Assembly: GCF_902459465.1 (NCBI RefSeq)
Contig: NC_047062.1
Coordinates: 23,312,001 to 23,376,000, forward strand
DNA length: 64,000 bases
Source of the DNA: Asterias rubens
Taxonomy: Eukaryota
Reading direction: 5' to 3'
Shown here: piece by piece, positions 1 through 12,795 of the stretch
How the letters are laid out: the number at the start of each line of letters is the position of its first letter
How positions within the stretch are numbered: position 1 is the first letter of the stretch
Notes under the pieces: generated by a model
Database searches by the model: none
The model's input: only the letters and a program-made list of their open reading frames with translations
Told to the model about the DNA's origin: nothing
Translations under genes and position numbers: made by a program

Positions 1-2112
1 TCAGAAAGTTTGTTTTCATCACACCACCACTAATCAGCAAGCCCGCCCTCTTGAGGTTGAATTTAATAAGGCACCGGGAAATAAATCACCCACCCACACA
101 TCACACACATTCCCCCAACAGAACTATGGAAAAGGGGCTTACGTGACTTTCACCTCTGCGATGTCTGCTGAAGGTTTGCAAGAAATCAGATAAACAAGGT
201 CAAGAAGGAAGTGGTAATTTAATTTTTGGGAGAACAAAGCGTCGGGGAAGGTTCTCACAACCGTTTTCTCCTTGGTTGATAGTCATGATGTGCACGAACA
301 CATGAACAACGTAATGTTGGTAAGTTTGGGAGAGTGATCTCAACCAAAGTAATAAATACAGTTAGGTCATAAGTTCGTAAACCGTATACTATTACCTTAC
401 TAGAAAATTAAGGCCTACATCTTTCAAAAAACAAAACAAGGAAAGGAACAGCCGTGAAAACCCTCCTCCACAAAGCTCAGTCAACCCAGTCAACTCATGC
501 GCTCACATCTGCATTCCTGCAATCATGAAGGCTGCACTTTTCAAGGAAGAAGAAGAATGTCTGGGACTGGGAGGCAGCAGCTGAGCTGAGGGCAATATAT
601 CCTGGTGTCATGTGTTTTCAGTAGGATAACAGGAAAATTGTTCACAATCAAAAACAAAACAAATTTTTTTTAAATCATCTACCCAATTTTTTAACAATAA
701 CACTTACACTTCATGGTGTGTTGAAATTTTTAAAGTTTTGGTTTTAAAGTTGCAAGAGACAGTCCGCCATTAACAGTGCTTAAGCATGCACGACATTGGA
801 GCAACGTCATATGTTTTCACACCTTTCACTGGTTGGTATTTTATTGAATATTCAGAAGCTAGTATGGCGTGCAAAATAAATCAAAAATATAATTCAATTT
901 ACTACTTAACAAGTTTAACTACATTTTTGTCCTAAGGCATTATGGCTACTATATTAGAATCCAGAGATATCATCAAGGCATGAAAGTAAAACACCCCACC
1001 CCCCTTGAAGCACACACACTTCATAACAATCCGTTTTCCCCCATTTCAGACCAGTAATGTATGTTTGGTTTCAGGAGATAAGAAACCAATCTATGATATT
1101 TTCTCTTTAATGTAGACTTAATATTTATTACGCTTAATCAGTTTTATTACAGTATGCAGTAAATCAAAAACATTTTTTTTTTTCCTTTTTCACTTAAAAT
1201 ATTTTAATATTTTCCCCACATTTGCACACCATAGAATCCCAAATAGTAACCACCTCACGTGATCCATCTAGTGACTCACGCAGAATGAAACTCAATCTAG
1301 CAGATAGTAATTTTGTTTTGAACTTTTGAGGTTGAATGATGTTTCTTTGACTCATTTGAATGTTGGCATATTAGTACCAAAAATCAATCATTAGATTTAT
1401 AAATGTTTGAGCATAACCAACGACAGGAAACTTTATTCTCAGCATGATTAAGCCTGATGAAAATACAGTCCGTGAGTAAACTGCATAGCTTCTGTCACCG
1501 TTGCAGCTTGCACAATTTTGCGGTAAACGGGAATCAAAGTTGGGGACCGAAAACATATGAGGGTCGATAACGTATGACGCTACGATATTATATGATCATT
1601 GACTTGACATGCTTGAGGAGGAGGGTTTATCATCATCTAGGAGGAGAATAAATACTTGAATTGCGACTTATATACATGTAAAGTTGTAAACTGATTAATT
1701 TACTTGGGCAATCAGGTTGGCTCAGTGGTTTCTGTCCCTGCCTTTTACTTCAGTGGACCCCGGTAGGAGACCTACACCGGAGCCTAATTGCTTATTAATA
1801 AAAATAATAATAATTTAATTGATTAATTTAATGCCCGATTCCAGACAATGCTGTTCAAAGGCGCATGACAATGTACAATGTGGATTTGGTTTTCAGTCCC
1901 TACCTTCTCCATTGTCTTCTCTAATAAAAAATGTCAGTGTGATGTTTCCATCAGGTTGCTTTGCCGAATGTATTGAAATTCAGATTCAGATACTGGGCCT
2001 TTCAACCCCTTGCAAATGCATTGCTCAGCAGGAAGTAGAAAAATGTCGATCACAGACCAGTATTTTAACCATTTGTCTTTTCCTATTTTCTCTCAGAAAA
2101 ATTAGGCAGTTC

Positions 2113-5100
2113 ATGATGGCGGGAGAGGAAAAAGAAAGACCACCGGACACTGACACTAAGGGAGGAGAAATGAATGTGAAACTCATCCATGTTGGTGTGC
2201 AGACCACCAATGGATGCGATGACGTCGCCGCCAAGCCGGCACGTCGCTGCGGTTGCTTCTCCGTGTGTTTCCTCTCGGTGATCATCGCAATATTAGCCGT
2301 GGGGGCAGCAGTCCTCTTGAAGTATTACGAAATGCGCAATCTAAGTCAATCATTCCTGGTCGCCCAGCTTGGGGAGGAGGCGTACTCGATGTTCAAAGCG
2401 TACGATCGGGATGATGATGGATATCTCAGCTTGGCCGAGTTTGAGCCACTGCTGACCAAACTGGACACCCAACACAACGAGGTGAGGTTTTTCGGTCCGA
2501 CCTCCTTGTTCAAAGTGCGGCCGAGACTGGAATGGATTTGAGTTCCTTATACCAGAAAGCTTGCAAAGGAATGTTTAAGTGCCCAAAACTCTCCTTTACA
2601 AGTTATCTGAAGGAACTAAAATAGAATACTTCCTTATTTTTCCCTTGTCTAGAATTCGTTTTTATCAGAAGTAATATCTCTATAGTCATAACTTTCGGGT
2701 TGGGTTAATGAAACTTATTTTTGTAAACTTTGTCGGCAGGTTGTTGACTTCAGTCAGTTCATGGAAGACATCGACCCCACTCAAGAGGTGATCTCTGTTG
2801 AAGCTCACTTCCAGCCACTTCGTCAAGACACCATGACCAAAGACAGAGGGGGTCTGTTTGGTGTAAGAACATTTTCTGTCCTTATTTGACGAAGGAATCT
2901 TTAAAGACACTGGACACTATTTGTAATTGTCAAAGACTAGTCTTCACAGTTGGTGTATCTCAACGAATGCACAAAATAACAAACCTGTGAAAATTTTAGA
3001 TCAATTGGTCGTCGAAGTTGCAAGATAATAGTGAAAGAAAAAACACCCTTGTCACATGAAGTTGTGTGCTTTCATATGCTTGATTTTGAGACCTCAAATT
3101 CTAATTCTGAGGTCTCGAAATAAAATTCGTGGAAAATTACTTCTTTCTTGAAAACTACGTCACTTCAGTAGAGGGAGCCATTTATCACAATGTTGTATAC
3201 TATCAACCTCTCCCCATTACTTGTTAATAAGTAAGGTTTTATGCTAATAATTATTTTGAGTAATTACCAATACTGTCCACTGCCTTTAATTGAAACTGCT
3301 GAACCTAACCCCATAGCTAACCCTAATCCCAACCCCATTGTCATGACCAGGCCCCAATTTCATGCTTTAAAAGCTAAAAAATACGCTGAGCACAACCAAA
3401 TCATGCCTACTAGATTAAGGTGACCAAAACAAATACCATGTGACTGGTATTCTGCTCACAGCTCCAGTTGACATTTTTAGCCATGCAGTCTTGTGGATTT
3501 TACCCCCAAATATTTGGGGTTTATTTTAGGAGATTTATTGTAGACGCTAATTGTCTTTAGTCTTTCAAAATAATTATGTATTTATTTGTTTATAGAAGGA
3601 CCTCGGCAGCCTAGGAGGCCTTGATAACTGGAACAGCACCTACCAGGAGATCGCTGGTTTCGGTGTACCACAGTTCACCGCGTTCCTCCCCGACGGGGCA
3701 ATCCCTGTGGGCGAAGTCTATGAGCTCGTCAAGTCCAACCTGAACCAGTTCGCCAACACACTGTCCAGCAACCGTTACTTCCCACCCAAGGTGATGGGGA
3801 GGGAGTTGCTGCTACACAGGCTGCTGAGTATGTTCCATCCTCAGCCGTTCCTTCATACCCGGTTCGGTCCGCAGGGTGCGATGGCTGTCGTCAGAGCGGA
3901 GAGTCAGTTGTATGTCGATGTGGTTTTTAGGTGAGTTAGGCCCTAAATGTTTATTTTAAAATGAGTAACTAAAAGGTTTTTGGATAGTATGAAAATCTCT
4001 GTGGTTTTGTCCTGTGTAATGAAGGGTTACTTTCCACTTGTATGTTGATTTGGTTTTTGTGTGAGTAACGTTTATTTTGAAACGAATAACCAAGTAGTTT
4101 TTAGACAGTTATTGTCCTCTGTAATAAAGGGTTACTTTTCTCTTTACTGCATAATTGTTTTGGTAAAAGTTTTGTCAATTTTTATAAAAACAAGAAAGTG
4201 TTTCAAAAAAAATTCTGTCAATGACAAGCCATAGCTTTCAGTTTTTCACTTTGAATGTGTTCTGCCGGGATTACATTTCAGTTTGAACACAATCACTGAC
4301 CCTGCCAAATGTGCTGCTTTTTATTACCCTGAATCAATAACGACCACATTTGCCCACATTTGCGCTAGAAGCAACCTTGTATCCAGAGTTTATCAGTAAA
4401 AAGCTAGCTCTAGTTCAGTCGCACCTACTTCTTGCACCCGAGAGAGCTTGGCTTCCTCCATAATGTTGACATTTATCTTTGGTGTTATTGTGTTCACAGG
4501 TTATTTTTAAACATTGTTTATAAACATCTCTGCTTTATGCTGGTAGGTAATGTAAATCGAAACTGCTTCTGTCTGAGCATAGATGGACTAATCAAACAGT
4601 CTGGTGCCCCAAAGGCATGCATACTTGGTAGATTAATGGTATGCAAACAATTCACAACAGACATTGTTTTGTACTCTAAGAATGCATTGATTATTGATAT
4701 GAGATCAAGAATGTAAACTTGAGCTACATATATATGCACGTTATTGTTGCGGTAGCACGTTATTGTTGTGCAGCAAAACAGCCATTCTGCAAATCACAGC
4801 CTTACTTTGCTGAGCTTTTATCGTTTATTAATGAGACATAACAGAAGTTAAATAAAAGGCTGTCTTGTATTTTTCAGAAGCTTCAAAGAGTGACATCCAA
4901 GTGTAGAGCAGCTTAAGCACAAAATGTAGCGAAGCAAAACAAAATTGTGCTAATCAGAATAAGGTTACCAGCCAATATGCTATGTCACATGTACAATCTG
5001 TGACTGGTGTCCTGCTTATTTTTGCCTAGCAGAAAATGTCTTTAAAGCAATATTAAGCAACTAATTAAAATCGTATTATGTTATACTAATTTGATGCCTG

Positions 5101-8100
5101 CAGAAGATGCTTGGTGGCAGTCTTACATTCTGTCATTGCTCCAAAACTCGAAGTCCTCAAAAAATACGTTCATCCATCAGGCATTATATTATATTCAGGT
5201 TTGCTGCGACCCTCTCACATTCTTATGTAATTACTTGATGAAGCAAGTTGTATTACCTGACCATTTTTCTTAATTTCTTGACTCGTCAGGATTCATGCAG
5301 AGTTTCAACTGAACAAGCCTCCTGAAAACCCCTTCTGGTTTACTCCAGCTCAGTTCACTGGAAACCTAATCATCAGCCGGGACTCATCACACATAGAGCA
5401 CTTCCATCTCTATGTACCCTGTAACAGGAGTCTCAATGTGGGTAAGAACAATCTTCTTGAAGAAAAGGTCTTCAAAAGCCAAGCTTCTTAATGTACATGC
5501 AGGCCTGTATGCTTCGTTTGTGTTTTTGTTTTCGATGCATATTGACCCCTTGCACGCCTGCCACATGAGGCAAACTGTGCCACGCTCACCATTTTGGTGG
5601 TCAATAGGTTTACATGTAATCACTGATTCGCCTAAAATGCGCACTTCATTGAATAGTGCACAGAGTGACATTGCCCACCAGTATGGCACATCCAAGATTA
5701 TTCTGATGATGACGTCAGGTGAATTGGGTCAATAAATCAGCTTGTTTGCTAAGCATGTTGTATTGTAAGAATCTCAATTCTCAATTAGGATGCTCAGGTT
5801 GTATGCTTCGTTTTTGAAAGGGCAAGTGCACCAAGGCATTTTCTTCTTGGTTAAGGGTGCCCTATTAGGAGATTGTTAGTTTCTACTGGAGCAATACAAG
5901 GGCAATGCAAGGGGGCGTGTAGGCAATCGCCTTCTTTGTCTCCGTGAAGTATCAGGGCTGTATGTGCACAGCCGCAATCGTGGGTACACATTTCGTGTCC
6001 ATTTTGTGAACAACAGTTAGAAAACCACTGATGTAGCAGTACTCTCGATGTTATTTATTTATAAATTAACAATCGCAGTGTCAATGGTGAATAAACGGGT
6101 TTGAGTTTGTCGAATACAAGATTTGCAAAGAGTTACTCAACATTTATCCAAGGATAAAGCAATAAAGGTTAAGTGTCTTGCCTAAGGAAATAAGTAACTG
6201 GAACCTCATTTTATAGAGCTTATTTATGTTGCCTTCAGTTCATTTATGGTTTCCCCACCATGAAAAGTGTCAAAATCTATAATTTGTTTCCCCTTCTTTT
6301 ACATCCACTTACAAAAAAGACATGGAGTGGATGACCGGCCCTGTGGAGAACGAGAACATGGAGGTGGACATTGGTCACATGCCTCAGATGGAACTGACCG
6401 TCCCGTCCCCGTCCAGCCACATCGCCATGTATGGGGAGAACGGAGAGGTCCTACAGGAGGCCAAGCCACCAGTCCGAGACTTGGAGAATAACAAGATCAC
6501 ATGGAATAGTCAGATCTCCATGGAAGAAGCAGTCAGGATACTAGAGCTGCATTTTTATCCATTCAAATCGGTAAGTTGGGAATTGGTCGACTCTGTAGAT
6601 CAAATATATAGTCTAGGACAGATGTATATGTAGATACTGTATGTCATTCTAAAACTAAATTGTGTGAATTATTTAACAGTTTTATTTATGCTATGCCACT
6701 ATCCAATAACGAAGGAAATATGAATGTTTGTTTTTCTTCATTTAACGTGTTTAGAAAGGCACTGATTTTTGTGAGTAAACTCATGTTAGATGTTAGATGA
6801 AAAATATACAGTGTTACTTAGGTTTATCAAAATATTTCCAAGGTAGGATATCATTGTTTTGTGACAAACTGCACCCCTCCAAAATAAATTATTTTTGCCA
6901 TATTTTGATATCTTAGGTGCCTTATTTGCCCTTCACTGAAGCATTTCAGCGGGCAGCAGCAGAGGAGAAATTGGTGCATTCCATTTTACTCTGGGGATCA
7001 CTGGACGACCAATCCTGCTGAGGTGAGATTCTTAATTTGGAAACCCCCTCTTTTGGTATCTTCATTTGATGCATTGAATGTTCTTAATATAATGCCCAAT
7101 TACTTTTGATTGGTCTTATCAGAAAGTAGAGACTCAAAGCTTAGTTGATTGAAATGAAAACTAACTCTCAAGCATTTTTATCTCACCTGACGCATGGACA
7201 GGCCCCAATATCATGCCTCTGCTTACTGCAAGCAAAGAATCAGGGCTTATGGAAGCAGGGACATCCTTGCTTACGTCAAGCATATTTCACGGGTCAGCAG
7301 GGAATTTCTGCTTGTGCGTGTGCATACTCCCTGTTAGGCTTTCTTCACTTACACAGCTAGCACAGAAATTTGGCGCTTACACAGTAAGCAAAGAATGAAA
7401 ATCGTGAACGCAGAGCCATGGAATTGGGCCTATTTTAAAAGAGATTCGAAGCTTGGCCTATTGAAATGAAATCTCACACATGTCAGGTGTGTTAAGAAGC
7501 CTTCCAAGAGGCTGATTACCAAATTGCAGTCCTCATTTTCTGCCTCTTTATAAGCTGGTCAAAGCCATCTCAACTCAATGGAACTGAACCCGCTCATTGG
7601 TTTTAATGGATGCAGAGAGATTTTTGCAGAAACTGTACCAACATGTGAATAATTTGTTTCCTTAACTGTTTCAATTTGCTCGCCAGGTTCGGGGCGGACT
7701 CTTCGAGAGACGGCTCTCGAGAGTTCGCCCGTTACTCAGCTGCTGGACCAACACTTTGTCAGTAGCTGGTCCCTCATTGCTGATCTTAAGACCTTCAAGG
7801 AGGACACTGACCCTGAGGTCTCCAAACTTGCCACTCTCTGTTTAGATAAATACACGTAAGTTAGAATCCATATCCATAGTATACTAATGCAAGTAACAGG
7901 TCTGTTTGTGTAAGAAAAACTCCCAGGGGTTGATTTTACAAAGAGTTAGGACTAGTCCTGACTTATGACTTGTCCTAGCAGATATTTACAAACTTAAGGC
8001 TCTTCCTAAGTTAGGACGAGTAACTCGTCCTAATTCGAGATAAGACTAGCCTTAACTCTTTGGCAAATCCACCCCAGGTGTCGGTATAGATCGGGCTGCG

Positions 8101-9825
8101 AATCTTCGTACAGCCTTTTTTTTCGGTCCGGTGATCATACTAAGGAAATGAATAATATCAGAAATGTACAACTCATATACAAAAGTATATGTGTTATCAG
8201 GAAATAGCATTATTATCACTCTAGAAATACTATTGATTTTGGGATGCACTAAGGCAGCACCATAAGCCTTTTTGAGATATGGCGGACACAATGCTACAAC
8301 ACTATAAGGTTTGGGTAAATTTGTGCGCATACACCCAAACCAAATGGTACACTCACGTCCGCCATACCTCAGAAAGGCGTATACCTTTTAGACCATACAT
8401 TGTACCTATCACAAACTTTGTCTTGTCTGGTTATGCCCCGCCATTTTCAATTCTCCTCTGACCGGTCTTTGTTTGTTGTTAATTTGATTCTCTGTTGGAA
8501 TGGAAAGAAAATGAAAAACGAAAATGAACACGTATCAGCTAGATCCATTTTGTTTGGTTAGAAAGACTTAGAGACAGTGGACACTATTGGTAATTGTCAA
8601 AGACCAGTCTTCTCACTTTGTGTATCTCAACATATGCATGAAATAACAAACCTGTGAAAATTTGAGCTTGATTGGTCGTCAGAGTTGCGAGATAACTATG
8701 AAAGAAAAAAACACCCTTGTCACACGAAGTTGTGTGCTTTCAGATGCTTGAGACCTCAAATTCTAAACTGGAGGTCTCGAAATCAAATTCGTGGACAATT
8801 ACTTCTTTCTCGCAAACTACGTCACTTCAGAGGGAGCCGTTTCTCACATTGTTTTATACTATCATCCTCTCCCCATAACTCACTACCAAGTGGGGTTTTA
8901 TGCTGATAATTATTTTGAGTAATAGTGTCCACTGCCTTTAAAAAAAACTATTCTTCAAAGGCCAACAAACTACTTAGAATTCCATCAAACTAGGTATTTC
9001 TCTTTTAAAATTATGTCTATTAATTTGAAGCATATAACTTTCTTGTATCTATAAAAGTTGCTTTTTAAAATGTCCTCATTTACAAGTGGGGTTGTGACAC
9101 TGTTTATTTTTTTCCAGTTTTCCTGTGCAGATGATTATTTCATTACCCAATGGTACCGTAGTGCACAATGTCAATGCTAACGATCTACTTGACTTTAGTA
9201 ATGAGTCGCCAACAATATCACAGTAAGTTTGAATTTTTGTATTCATTACTACTCAACTTTCATGGGTTTTTTTTCCCAGTTGCTGGCGATACCTCTAAAA
9301 CATGACCACCTTTTGAATTATAATGTTCCCATGTTTGGTTTTATCATATACATCTTCATTTATATAGGATTAAAACAATCATACGGTTCCAAAAGTACTT
9401 TGCCTTTAAATGAATCCATCTGCAACCTTTTATCCTCCTTTATTTACCATTTGTGGTTAAATTGTTGACAAGTTGTCCTGGAAGAGTTTTGAGAATGATC
9501 CCAATAGACCTTTATCATGGTACAGCCGTCTTGAATTTCTCCCATTGATATCAGTATTACCAAACCGAGGCTAGCAGAAAAAATAGTCTGGTTCCTATTA
9601 GCATAATGATTACTAGCACTCATTATTGTTATTCGATACAAGGAACATGACCAAGATGGAGGCAGCATGATACAGGTCTATAGCCTCAAGGATGAAAACT
9701 GTTGATGGTTAAAGACATTTTCATATTGTTTGTCATTAATATCCAGGGTGTTTACTGACCCGCTTGTGACGGCATACATGAACTTTCTCCACGAAGGACT
9801 GAAAAAAGGAAAAAGTTTTCTCTAG
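2113..9825 (+). CDS. SELENON: Selenoprotein N; 9 coding exons: 2113-2481, 2740-2862, 3596-3930, 5290-5441, 6320-6570, 6917-7022, 7687-7855, 9118-9222, 9747-9825 (562 aa including one Sec)
   Basis: All introns are GT-AG and phase-consistent. The protein has an N-terminal TM anchor ([17 protein letters not shown]), an EF-hand ([14 protein letters not shown]) and motifs matching vertebrate SelN: [18 protein letters not shown]...[60 protein letters not shown]...AYM.FL.EGL. Stop is TAG at 9823-9825. Confidence 0.97.
2901..3289 (+). mobile_element. Non-autonomous TTAA DNA transposon (Kolobok-like family A)
   Basis: TTAA|AGACACTGGACAC...GTCCACTGCCT|TTAA with TIRs, TTAA TSD and purine-purine termini; 8 copies in the window. 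Confidence 0.85.
7019..7021 (+). other. SELENON: In-frame UGA selenocysteine codon of SELENON (SCUG motif)
   Basis: gac caa tcc tgc TGA g|gtgag gives DQSC-U-G. The frame continues in the next exon as GSGRTLRET, as in vertebrate SelN. Confidence 0.95.
7692..7730 (+). promoter_or_regulatory. Selenocysteine redefinition element (SRE) stem-loop
   Basis: GGGCGGACTCTTCGAGAG-ACGG-CTCTCGAGAGTTCGCCC forms a 17-bp stem (one G-U pair, one bulged U) with a 4-nt loop. It starts 6 nt after the UGA in the spliced mRNA, the known SEPN1 SRE spacing. Confidence 0.85.
7927..8074. mobile_element. Harbinger/PIF-like MITE family 1 (CAG TSD)
   Basis: CAG|GGGTTGATTTTACAAAGAGTT...AACTCTTTGGCAAATCCACCC|CAG. Confidence 0.8.
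8568..8941 (+). mobile_element. Kolobok-like MITE family A
   Basis: Same TIRs and internal sequence as 2901-3289. Confidence 0.85.
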
Positions 9826-10493
9826 GATGCAACTCATTGTCCAAGAATGTTTGATAAGTATGGTGCCATTTTTATTTTTTTACGAAGAAGAACAAACAAG
9901 TTTTTTTTATATAGACTGACTCTATTTTGATGCCAACTGTCATCGTTTAATATTTAACTTATTGAATACTTAACTCCTGAGGCAATCTAAATCTACATGT
10001 TGGAACCTTAATAAACCGACAAAAACTTAAAACTTTGGATCTAAAAAGATCAATGCCAACCGTGATACATTTTTTGTAATTTGTTTATATTAACGGATTT
10101 TGGAGCAGTAAGGCTGGATTGTGATGGCCAAGGAAACAAGTTTTCTTCTTAGTTTTTGCTTGTTTTCATTTCTGAAAGGCAATTATGTATCAGTTTTAAT
10201 CTTATTGCTATCCACAATGTTTTAACCCTACACTGATATTCAGTTCAAAGGCGTAACCAAACATTTTCACGTGGGAAGGGGGAGGGGGTGTAAGCTGGGG
10301 CAAATACATAATTTTGGTAGCTTTTTAATAAATTGATCCAATCATTAAAGTGCATGTTTTCATTCTCATATTTTTATTTTGGGGGATGGCAATTTTTCTT
10401 TGGGGAAAAAGGAAAACAATAACATTACAAGCACAAACTGTGGATTATACCAATAATTTACATGTAATCAGGCAATTTATTTTACCCAGTTAA

Positions 10494-10801
10494 CCCTTTA
10501 GTCCCTGCACCGCCCGAGTTTGCTGAAATCCAATTTCTCAAGATTCTTGCAGTAAATTACTGGAACCGTAGTTCAAATTTTAAAAGATAGCTTAATGTGT
10601 ATGCACAATTTGAACCTTGATATTTGTATAAAAGTACAAGTTCTCATGGGAACAATAAATGCCTCTCGTTAAACGGCTACGGTAATTTTTATGGCGAATA
10701 TTTTTGTGCACGGATAAAATGGACACAACAGCTTTTGAAGGCTTTTGTCTGGCTCAATGCTCATACTGATTAGGCGGCTGGGCGGTACAGTGGCTAAATG
10801 G
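10494..10801. mobile_element. piggyBac-like MITE in the SELENON 3'UTR
   Basis: TTAA|CCCTTTAGTCCCTGCACCGCCC...GGGCGGTACAGTGGCTAAATGG|TTAA: 22-bp imperfect TIRs, CC termini, TTAA TSD. Confidence 0.75.
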
Positions 10802-11083
10802 TTAAACTATTCCATACTTGCACTCTGAGCAGAATGAAACATGTCTTCTATTCTAAATTAAAGATTGACTCTATGTTCAGATTATTTTTTGAGATGCATT
10901 AATTTTCCAATACATGTAAAACGTCTCCCTGAAAGTGGGGAATCTTTAGCCATTTGCGTCATGCCTTGATGGTTAATTACAGTCATAAAAAAAAAAACGC
11001 TACCAGTCCAAGGCTGCGAGTCTCATCTTATCACAAAATGCTGCCATGCTGAGTGGGGTGATACACAATTATCTCGGCCATAG

Positions 11084-11457
11084 TTAAAGGGAAGGTACAC
11101 GTTTAGGAATTGTCAAAAACCAGTCTTCTGACTTGGTGTATCCCATCATAAGCATAAAATAACAAGTCTGTGAAAATTTGGGCTCAATCGGTCATCGAAG
11201 TTGCGAGAAAATGACGAAAGGAAAAAACACCCTTGTTGGACGATTGTGTGCTTTCAGATAGGAATAAAAGACTTCTAGCTAGAAGTCTTATATTATTTTA
11301 GTGAGAAATTACTTCTTCTCAAAAACTATGTTACTTTAGAGGGAGTTGTTTCCCACAATGTTTTATACTATCAACAGCTCTCCAATGCCCGTTACCAAGT
11401 CAGTTTTTAAGTTAATATTTGTTTTGAGTAACTACCAAACATGTACCTCCCCTTTAA
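11084..11457 (+). mobile_element. Kolobok-like MITE family A, subfamily B (in SELENON 3'UTR)
   Basis: TTAA|AGGGAAGGTACAC...GTACCTCCCCT|TTAA; internal homology to family A. Confidence 0.85.
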
Positions 11458-11722
11458 GTATGTATTAGCTTTACACGATTAAGGCCTTGCATAAGGCACT
11501 ATATGCTTTATTTTTATTTTGCTTTATATAATTATTTAAAATATTACTAATCCACTGATTACTACTCATTAATTTTATTTTCTAAACTTCTACATACTTT
11601 ATTTCAACACAATAATGGTATGAATTATTCAAACGTTTCAAGCAGAATTTGTTTGCACACAAAAATTATGCGTTGTGAGGCCTTGCCTTGCATGTTAATT
11701 TCACATAAGTGACACCGAATGT

Positions 11723-11799
11723 GGCGACTTGTATTAATGAAGACTTGGTCATAAACCACACTATGTGCTTGGCCTTGTTGGATGGGTTTACACTGTGCC
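11723..11799 (+). promoter_or_regulatory. Candidate SECIS element (form II) in the SELENON 3'UTR
   Basis: ATGA(11737)-N12-AAA(11753)-N-GGAT(11780-83) fits the AUGA_AA_GA pattern. Helix II is gacttggtcat/ttggccttgtt with 8 of 11 pairs. Apical ministem caca/tgtg; helix I ggc(g)ac..tgta/taca..gtgcc. I found no better candidate downstream of the stop. Confidence 0.75.
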
Positions 11800-11980
11800 G
11801 AAGGGTGTTTCTTTTGTGAAATTGGCAGACGGTATGATACATAAGTAGCTATGGCAAGACCTACCAATGGTGTGTCACAAAGTCATTCCTTTTTATTCCG
11901 ATCTGCACACCATATTCAACTGGTGAATATTTCATTAAATTTGGAACCGGGCTCGATTTCACAAAGCACTAAGATTCATC

Positions 11981-12357
11981 TTAAAGGGTTTTTTTTTTTT
12001 GTAGGACTAAAAACACAATGTCCACAGATTTGTATTAAACTTACACCGTTTGATGATAATGATAGTAGAAAACTTCCCTGAAAATATTACTTGCCTAGGT
12101 GCTGTAATTTTTGAGAAATGAGTAAAACAATGTCAAGAAAATAGTTTTTGACTCAGTGATCATGAGACAAAAATTATTTTAGCATGTAAAAGCGTATTTT
12201 CATGACATTGTTTTACTCATTTCTCAAAAACTACAGGACCTCAGCAAGTGATATTTTCAGGAAAGCTTCCTACTATCATTATCATCAAACGGTGTAAGTT
12301 TAATGTAAATCTGTGGACGTTGTGTTTTGTGTTACAAAAAGTACCCAAATCCTTTAA
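11981..12357. mobile_element. Palindromic TTAA MITE (about 150-bp arms) nested in a Harbinger-like element (about 11949-12467)
   Basis: Arms ...ttacaccgtttgatgataatgatag...gagtaaaacaatgtca and tgacattgttttactc...ctatcattatcatcaaacggtgtaa are reverse complements. Outer ends are gggctcgatttcacaaag and aatgtgaaatttgccc. Confidence 0.75.
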
Positions 12358-12789
12358 ATTTGAGTTTCCATTAATACCAAAGTGATTTGTATTGTGCATG
12401 AGTCCAAATTTGATTAGCATTTAAGATTGAATCACACTTAAGATCAATCTTAATGTGAAATTTGCCCATGTTTCTCCAATACATAAAAAAAATAATAATA
12501 AATAAAATAAAAGATGGTTTACGTTCAGTTATAAACTTTGTTTTATAATCCATTGTCTTCTGTTTTGTAAAAATCATGGGACAAACAAGTACACTGAAAT
12601 ACTCAGTATTTATTCGGACAGTTGATACAGACTTAGAGTTTATAAAAGTAGGACCTTCCACCTTGTTTTTTTTCTATCATTGCCAATCGTGTATGAGTGC
12701 TTTGAGATTTTGTTTTTGACGTTTTACTTGTATCCTAAACAGCAATTCATTGTGTGTTTTCTACATAAATGACATAATTATAAAAGAAT

Positions 12790-12795
12790 AATAAA
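12790..12795 (+). terminator. Probable distal polyadenylation signal of SELENON
   Basis: AATAAA downstream of the SECIS, followed by a T/GT-rich tract. An alternative AATAAA cluster lies at about 12497-12512. Confidence 0.4.

Noticed and set aside
130-620. Possible 5' exons of a minus-strand gene (donor-like sites near 138 and 502)
   Set aside because: No open frame or recognisable product within the window.
1819-2112. N-terminal 98 aa of the 240-aa ORF 1819-2541
   Set aside because: It lies upstream of a good acceptor (ttttctctcag, about 2096) and has no coding character. Only the part from ATG 2113 is SELENON.
10823-10880. ATGAA...TGAC hairpin as an alternative SECIS
   Set aside because: Helix II pairs poorly and the AA spacing is wrong. 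The 11723 element fits far better.
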